Part shown: positions 26,655 to 32,277 of the stretch, piece by piece
Layout: every line of letters begins with the position of its first letter
How positions within the stretch are numbered: the first letter of the stretch is position 1
Source of the DNA: a bacterium
GTDB lineage: Bacteria; Zhuqueibacterota; Zhuqueibacteria; Zhuqueibacterales; Zhuqueibacteraceae
Length of the DNA: 32,277 bases
Reading direction: 5' to 3'
Assembly: GCA_044869275.1 (NCBI GenBank)
Contig: JBIOXB010000179.1
Coordinates: 1-32,277, forward strand
The notes under the pieces: model-generated
What the model was told of the DNA's origin: nothing
What the model saw: only the letters and a program-made list of their open reading frames with translations
Databases searched by the model: none
Made by a program: the position numbers and the translations under genes

Positions 26655-27551
26655 ATGCAGTATCACTCCCGCGAAGTCAAAGCAGGATTGCTGGTGGTGG
26701 GCAGCTTGATCGTGCTGGTCATTTTTTTTGTAACCATTACCAAGGTCGATTGGCGGAAAACGGAAAACGAGTACAAGGCCCGCTTCGATTACATCGGCGG
26801 CATCGAAGCCGGCAGCATGGTGCGCTACGGCGGTTTTTTGGTGGGCTCCGTGACCGACCTCTATCTCGCGCCGGATGACAACACCAAGCTGGAAGTGGCG
26901 CTGGCCGTCGATTCGCGCACGCCCGTGCGCAAAAGCTCGGAGGCGTTGATCACTTCGATTTCCTTGATGGGCGAATACTACATCGAAATCACGCCGGGCG
27001 TGGTCACGGATGAGCTGCTGCCCTCAGGCAGCATCCTGCGCACCCGCGATGTGCCTTCCTTCTCGCGCATGAGCGAGCCCCTGATGAACGTCAGCGATCA
27101 GATGACACTGTTGCTGGAGCGCACCAATGATCTGCTCAGCGACGAAAACCGCCAGCGTTTCAGCAATATTCTCGCGCACGCCGACACCCTGGTGTCCGTC
27201 AATGCCGATGATATTGCCGGCATGATTTCCAATTTGAATGCGCTGACGCAGCAAATGCAAAGCCTGAGCACCAAGCTGGATAAAATGATGGGGGACAATT
27301 CGGAGATCTTGGAGGCGACCTTTTCACAAATGAATCAAACCATGGTGCGCGCGGATTCGGTGCTGCACACACTCAATCAAACCATGTCGCAAGTGCAGCA
27401 ACTGGTGGCGGCGAACAGCCTCAGCTTGCAGGAAACCATGGCAAATTTCGAAAGCGCCTCGCAGAATTTCGAACAATTCAGCCGCACCATCAAAGAGCGT
27501 CCGTGGAATTTGGTGCGCAAATCCGCACCGCCGGAGCGCCAGCTGCCTTGA
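26655..27551 (+). CDS. mlaD: MlaD/MCE-domain protein with long helical C-terminus
   Basis: N-terminal TM helix; MCE motifs (GIEAGSMVRYGGFLVGSV, SLMGEYYIEITPG); coiled-coil tail ending IKERPWNLV. Confidence 0.88.
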   Translation: MQYHSREVKAGLLVVGSLIVLVIFFVTITKVDWRKTENEYKARFDYIGGIEAGSMVRYGGFLVGSVTDLYLAPDDNTKLEVALAVDSRTPVRKSSEALITSISLMGEYYIEITPGVVTDELLPSGSILRTRDVPSFSRMSEPLMNVSDQMTLLLERTNDLLSDENRQRFSNILAHADTLVSVNADDIAGMISNLNALTQQMQSLSTKLDKMMGDNSEILEATFSQMNQTMVRADSVLHTLNQTMSQVQQLVAANSLSLQETMANFESASQNFEQFSRTIKERPWNLVRKSAPPERQLP

Positions 27552-27560
27552 CCATGAAAA

Positions 27561-27745
27561 TCAAAAAGCAAACAGAAAACCGCAAAGAACAAAAGCCGAA
27601 GGGGGGAATGGTGAAAGGTCTGCATCCATGAGTGCTTATGCTGTTAGAATCAAACTCCCCAAAGCCGGTGAGCGCGTGAAGAATAAAACGGAACTTGCTA
27701 AACCGTTTGCTTTTTGCTCTTTGCCTTTTGCCTTTTGCTTTTTGC
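27561..27745. repeat. Heptamer inverted repeat, family C (GCAAAAG / CTTTTGC)
   Basis: Degenerate left arm tcaaaaa gcaaaca gaaaacc gcaaaga acaaaag ccgaagg (27561-27602); right arm cgtttgc tttttgc tctttgc cttttgc cttttgc tttttgc (27704-27745). Confidence 0.75.
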
Positions 27746-28314
27746 TAACCGCCTGCGGCGGTGTGCCGGAGACCTTTTATTACACCGTTTCCAATTTGAA
27801 GGTCGCGCCCGACCAGGCGGACAATCATCAAGCTGGGACGCGGGATATCGTTTTGGGCGTGGAAAAATTCAGCGCAGAGACGCTTTACAATGATGACCGC
27901 ATCATTTATCGCGATTCACCGTTCGAGGTGAAATACTATCACTATCGCCGTTGGGCCGCTCCGCCACGCGCCTTGGTGACGGACGAAACGCTCAAGCGAA
28001 TGCGCGCTTCAGCGTGCTGCCGTGAAGTCGTCGCTTCTCCTTCCGCCGGGCGAGTCGATTATCTGTTGACGGGACGCGTGCTCGCGTTCGAAGAATGGGA
28101 TCGGGATGAGAAATGGTATGGCCGCGTGGCGCTGCTGGTGCAACTCTTGGACCCAGCCTCGCGGCGCGTGTTGTGGAGCGAGGTTTTTCAAGCGGAGACG
28201 CCGGCGGCGAAAAAAGTTCCAGCGGCGATAGTGGAAGCCATCAGTACCAGTCTGCAGCAGTGTATTTCGGAGTTGCAGAACAAATTGCCCGCCGCATTCG
28301 CTGCGCCACATTGA
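27676..28314 (+). CDS. PqiC-like ABC-type transport auxiliary lipoprotein
   Basis: Lipobox LLTAC; YYHYRRWAAPP and DYLLTGRVLAFEE motifs; located after mlaD. GTG 27676 is preferred; ATG 27628 is the alternative. Confidence 0.82.
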   Translation: MKNKTELAKPFAFCSLPFAFCFLLTACGGVPETFYYTVSNLKVAPDQADNHQAGTRDIVLGVEKFSAETLYNDDRIIYRDSPFEVKYYHYRRWAAPPRALVTDETLKRMRASACCREVVASPSAGRVDYLLTGRVLAFEEWDRDEKWYGRVALLVQLLDPASRRVLWSEVFQAETPAAKKVPAAIVEAISTSLQQCISELQNKLPAAFAAPH

Positions 28315-28323
28315 GCGCGCCTG

Positions 28324-28794
28324 TCACAAGATCTCGGCCCCGAACCCCTTGAGCTGATAAATCGTCATCGGTCCGGCTACGCTGCTCGCATCAAACGCGG
28401 CGCCTTGCTCCTCGGCCAGGTGCGCGAGGTATCCCCGCGCCTGCTCCTGGGAAAGCTCGATTTTATAAACCTCGCCTTCCACCCGCGCGCTTTTTCCTTT
28501 GGCGGTCAGGGGAAATATAATCTCGCCGTCATTCACTTTCACTTTGATTTTCTGGCCGGGTTGATCACCGGCTATTTCCATCCAGCATCCTGCTTTGGCG
28601 CACACCTCCAAAACCTCTCCCCGGATCAGGACTCTTTTTCCCAGAAAGCCCTCCGGCGCTGACAGAATGTGAGCGATTCCAGTCTCGTTTTGCAAAGTGA
28701 GCGCCGCGCCGTAGGCCGTGCCGGGGATTGTCCGCTTTTGGCAACCGCCCAAAAGCAGCGAACAGCAAAAAGCATAAGTCAAAAGCGATCGCAT
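28324..28794 (-). CDS. DUF4920-family lipoprotein (OB-fold-like)
   Basis: Lipobox LLGGC; GEVLEVCAKAGCWM and VKVNDGEIIFP motifs; GAGGAG RBS before ATG 28794. Confidence 0.8.
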   Translation of the reverse strand: MRSLLTYAFCCSLLLGGCQKRTIPGTAYGAALTLQNETGIAHILSAPEGFLGKRVLIRGEVLEVCAKAGCWMEIAGDQPGQKIKVKVNDGEIIFPLTAKGKSARVEGEVYKIELSQEQARGYLAHLAEEQGAAFDASSVAGPMTIYQLKGFGAEIL

Positions 28795-29507
28795 ACCATT
28801 CTCCTCAGTGAAATGTTGCAATGCAGAGCGTGCTGCGCGGATTATGAGGATAGCAAATTCGAAGGGCAATTGCAACAGAGGCTTGAGATTTGCGTAATGA
28901 CTTTGATCAGGAGGGTAGCTGCCGCCCGGGGGCCGCGCCCCTTAAAAGAATTTTCATTTTTTTGACCAAATCGTGAATTATCTCTTGCATTTGCATCAAA
29001 AAATTTGTTTATTGCGCACGTTTTTTAAACGCATGTTGAACTTTGAGGTGAGTTTTTCGGTTATGTATGCTTCCAATGCGTTGGCTGCCAGCGAGAACGG
29101 CGAGCCTCCGAGTAGTGGTAAAAATTCTTCGACGCCTTCTTGCCCCTGGGAGGGGTACGGTACCAACCTGCCTGTCATACTCCGCCTGATTGAACCTTTT
29201 TCCCTGATCACAGTTTTGTCTTCTCATTTTAAGCGAGTGCCTCCGGTGTGAGAACATTTTGCCTTTGGCACATGGATCCGCGCTGCTACGCACGGCTGCC
29301 TTCGGAGAATCCACACAGGCCCGACCGGGCAACCGTCGCAAGGATGCTGGTTGCAAGCGTTATACTTCATGGCAAATATGACCATCCCGGGACTCCCGCC
29401 GTATGGGGATTCCGGGAAATTATTAAAGTGTTTTTGTTGAAATCACCGCCGGTTTCGCACCGGCAGCACCCATAACTTTTGTTCAAACCACATGAGGAGA
29501 ATTTCCC

Positions 29508-30569
29508 ATGCGTATCGGACTGACTTTCAACATGAGAAGAGCTTCGGGACAGCCCGAAGAAGACGATCCGGACTTATCGCCGTTATCGGCCCCCGGCGTC
29601 GCCGGCCTGGATAATTTCGCGGAGTGGGACGACGAGCAGACGGTGAATGACCTGCTCGAAACCATCGGCAAGTATCACGATGTCATTCCCATCGAAGCGG
29701 ATTTGAACGCTTACGAAAAACTGCGCCGCGTGCGGCCGGAACTGGTGTTCAACATCGCCGAAGGATACCACGGCGTGTCCCGCGAATCGTTGATTCCCGC
29801 CATGCTGGACATGCTGCGTATTCCCTACACGGGTTCCGATCCGTTGAGCCTCGGCCTGTGTCTCGACAAATCGCGCGCCAAGGAAATCCTGGCGTTCCAT
29901 CGCGTGCCCACGGCGAAATTCTCCGTGCTCAAGGAGTGGCCGTTGAACGGCCAATTGCGCCACATGGATTATCCCATGTTCATCAAGCCGTTGAGCGAAG
30001 GCTCGAGCAAAGGCATTTGGATGGACGCCATCGTCGACGATCGCGCCGGCTTGAAAAAAATCGTGGAAAAAGTCTGGCAGACATACGACCAGCCCGCGCT
30101 GGTGGAAGAATTCATGCCGGGCCGCGAGTTTACCGTCGCCTTGCTGGGCAACGGCCCCTCATTGCGGGTGTTGCCTATCGTGGAAATTTCCTTCGACTGC
30201 TTGCCCGAAGGCGCCAAGCCCGTCTATTCTTATGAAGCCAAATGGCTGTGGGATTCCGCCGACAAAGAGCTCGAGATTTACAAATGTCCGGCAAACCTCG
30301 ATGACGAGCTGCGCGTCAAGATCGAAACGCTTTGCAAGAGGGCGTTCAACGTTCTCGGCTGCCGCGATCTGTGCCGGATCGACGTGCGCTTGGACGCCGA
30401 AGGCGAACCGAACATCCTGGAATTGAATCCGCTGCCGGGTCTCATCAAGGATCCGAAAATTCATTCGTGTTTTCCCAAAGCGGCTTATACCGCGGGCATG
30501 ACCTTTGACGAATTGATCCTTGCGATCATCAATGAAGCGCGCGGGCGATTGCGTCTGGGGCAGAACTAA
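29508..30569 (+). CDS. D-Ala-D-Ala-ligase-like ATP-grasp protein 1 (non-canonical)
   Basis: VFNIAEG, IPYTGS, LDKSRAK, IKPLSEGSSKGI, EEFMPGREFTV, RIDVR and LELNPLPG motifs; GAGGAG RBS. Confidence 0.9.
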   Translation: MRIGLTFNMRRASGQPEEDDPDLSPLSAPGVAGLDNFAEWDDEQTVNDLLETIGKYHDVIPIEADLNAYEKLRRVRPELVFNIAEGYHGVSRESLIPAMLDMLRIPYTGSDPLSLGLCLDKSRAKEILAFHRVPTAKFSVLKEWPLNGQLRHMDYPMFIKPLSEGSSKGIWMDAIVDDRAGLKKIVEKVWQTYDQPALVEEFMPGREFTVALLGNGPSLRVLPIVEISFDCLPEGAKPVYSYEAKWLWDSADKELEIYKCPANLDDELRVKIETLCKRAFNVLGCRDLCRIDVRLDAEGEPNILELNPLPGLIKDPKIHSCFPKAAYTAGMTFDELILAIINEARGRLRLGQN

Positions 30570-30637
30570 TTCGCGCATTGGGATGAACATTCAAATCGGT
30601 GCAGGCGCTTCTGGGCGCCTGCATTTCTAGGGAGTTC

Positions 30638-31726
30638 ATGAACGGAAAGAAGATTTTAATCGCATACAATGTGCCTGAGCGCGAGCAGCGCGGGCGCGAC
30701 ATCGATTTCATTTCCGAAGTGGATGTGCTGAGCCAGGTCAATGCCGTGCGCAGCGCCTTGCACGAGCTGGATTATGATGCCGCCGCCGTGCCTTTGCAGA
30801 GATCGGTGCCGGCGTTCATCGAGCGCTTGACGCGCTTCAAGCCCGACGCGATCTTCAATCTCGTCGAGGGCTGGCAGGGCGAGAGCCGCTATCATCAAAA
30901 CCTGCCGCCTTTGTACGAGCTGCTCGGCTTTGAATACACCGGCGCCGCAACCTCGGCGCTGGTGTTGAGCGGGGACAAGTGGACCACGAAAATGCTGCTC
31001 GATCAAGCACATTTGCCCGTGCCGCGCGGCATGATTTGCAGTGAGGTGCCGGGCCGCTGCCGCTTGCGTTATCCCGTCATCGTCAAGCCTGCGCACGAAG
31101 ACGCAAGCTTGGGTATTGATTTTGACTCCGTGGTTTACAACCTTACAGACCTGCGCCGGCGCGTGGCTTGGGTGATTCAAAACTATCACCAGCCGGCGAT
31201 CGTGGAGGAGTATATCGACGGACGCGAGTTGAATATCGCCATTCTCGGGGATCAATTCCCGGTGGCGCTGCCGATTTCCGAAATCACTTTTCCATTGGTG
31301 CCGGAAGGCCAGCCGCGCATTTGTTCGTACAACGTGAAGTGGATGGAAAGCAGCCCGGAGTATCGCTGGGTCGAGCCCGTCTGTCCGGCATTGCTGGATG
31401 AAGAAACTACGTTGCGCGTGGAGAAGCTGGCGATTGCCGCGTTCCGCCACCTCGGCTGCCGCGATTACGCGCGCGTGGATATGCGGCTGTCGCCCAACAA
31501 TCAACCTTATATCGTCGAAGTGAATTGCAATCCCGATCTCTCGTCTGATGCCGGATTCGCGCGTTCGGTGACGGCTTCCGGACGGACTTACACCCAGGCG
31601 ATTGGCGAAATCGTGGGGTGTGCATTGCAACGAGGAGAAGCGCATGCGCATTCGCGCCCTGCAACGCGAAGATCGGCAGCCCATCGCGAGCCTGCTCCGC
31701 GCCACCAACCGGTTCTCGCCGGTTGA
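30638..31726 (+). CDS. D-Ala-D-Ala-ligase-like ATP-grasp protein 2 (non-canonical)
   Basis: IFNLVEG, YTGA, VKPAHEDASLGI, EEYIDGRELNI, RDYARVDMR and EVNCNPD motifs; ATG 30638 after GGAG; C-terminal tail overlaps the GNAT gene. Confidence 0.9.
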   Translation: MNGKKILIAYNVPEREQRGRDIDFISEVDVLSQVNAVRSALHELDYDAAAVPLQRSVPAFIERLTRFKPDAIFNLVEGWQGESRYHQNLPPLYELLGFEYTGAATSALVLSGDKWTTKMLLDQAHLPVPRGMICSEVPGRCRLRYPVIVKPAHEDASLGIDFDSVVYNLTDLRRRVAWVIQNYHQPAIVEEYIDGRELNIAILGDQFPVALPISEITFPLVPEGQPRICSYNVKWMESSPEYRWVEPVCPALLDEETTLRVEKLAIAAFRHLGCRDYARVDMRLSPNNQPYIVEVNCNPDLSSDAGFARSVTASGRTYTQAIGEIVGCALQRGEAHAHSRPATRRSAAHREPAPRHQPVLAG

Positions 31727-32123
31727 AATCGAAGTGGCGCTCGAGCTGATCGATATTTATCTCCTTCAGCCGCTCCAAAAAGATTATCGCTTCCAGTGCG
31801 CCGTGGACGAACACGGGCGCGTCGCCGGCTATGCGTGCTTCGGGCCGACGCCCATGACCGAGGGCACCTACGATTTGTACTGGATTGCCGTTGATCCGGA
31901 ACGGCAGCGCCAGGGTGTGGGCGATTTGTTGCTTGAATTTGTAGAATCGCAAGCGCGTCGTGAAAACGGCCGCTTGTTGATGATCGAAACCTCCTCCCAG
32001 CCAAAGTACGATCCCACCCATTTTTTCTATCGCAAACATCACTATCGCGAGATCGCGCGCATTCCGGATTTTTATGCGGAGGGGGATGATCGGGTGATTT
32101 ATTGCAAGAAGTTGAGGGAGTGA
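31644..32123 (+). CDS. GNAT-family N-acetyltransferase
   Basis: YDLYWIAVDPERQRQGVG (acetyl-CoA binding motif), IETSS, FY..HHY and IPDFY motifs; GAGGAG RBS before ATG 31644. Confidence 0.92.
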   Translation: MRIRALQREDRQPIASLLRATNRFSPVEIEVALELIDIYLLQPLQKDYRFQCAVDEHGRVAGYACFGPTPMTEGTYDLYWIAVDPERQRQGVGDLLLEFVESQARRENGRLLMIETSSQPKYDPTHFFYRKHHYREIARIPDFYAEGDDRVIYCKKLRE

Positions 32124-32277
32124 ACGCTCTAGAAATATTTCAATGCCGAACTAAGCTGGACTTTATCCATTTTGAATATGTTCAGACGCAGAGTAAATTA
32201 TAGTCATTTCCCTTAGGAGGAATGACCTTTGCCTACTCTGCCGCCAGAGTTTACAGTTTTAGCAGTTGCTTTTGAAC

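Noticed and set aside
29317..29354. SAM-I riboswitch (GGCCCGA..CCGGGCAACC resembles its core)
   Set aside because: The upstream ATCNAGAG/GAGGGA and downstream GGTGCNAANTCC elements are missing, and GCAACC pairs locally with GGTTGC.
28973..29475. Short ORFs in the DUF4920-ligase intergenic region
   Set aside because: No RBS, atypical composition and mutually overlapping frames.
32215..32275. Gene start at ATG 32222 after AGGAGG
   Set aside because: RBS spacing is only 1 nt and the frame closes after 17 codons; the sequence instead forms a small GTCATT/AATGAC stem.

Overview
Bacterial genomic DNA, roughly 55% GC by eye. Gene content suggests an FCB-group diderm such as candidate division KSB1 (inference only). 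Left half (1-17337): a co-oriented tandem array of at least 7 paralogous ~790-810 aa MacB/FtsX-type ABC permeases (first truncated by the window edge), with a PD40 beta-propeller protein and an 85-aa hypothetical inserted. No ATPase or adaptor lies in the window. Most junctions in the array are filled by tandem 7-mers, usually followed by their reverse complements, starting at the stop codon and often ending at the next RBS. The spacers also hold gene relics (a permease fragment, a possible four-helix-bundle fragment), and the diverged paralogs share near-identical nucleotide patches, so the array looks like an actively shuffled cassette set. Right half: SDR-like oxidoreductase, DUF2911, DUF3467, polA (apparently leaderless), a GAF-PP2C/RsbW/STAS partner-switching trio with no sigma factor directly upstream of an MlaE/F/D-PqiC-like MCE transporter, a DUF4920 lipoprotein, and a long structured leader before two non-canonical Ddl-like ATP-grasp ligases plus a GNAT. 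Related 7-, 8- and 9-mer repeat elements and a REP-like doublet recur throughout; one 7-mer tract encodes a lipoprotein signal peptide.
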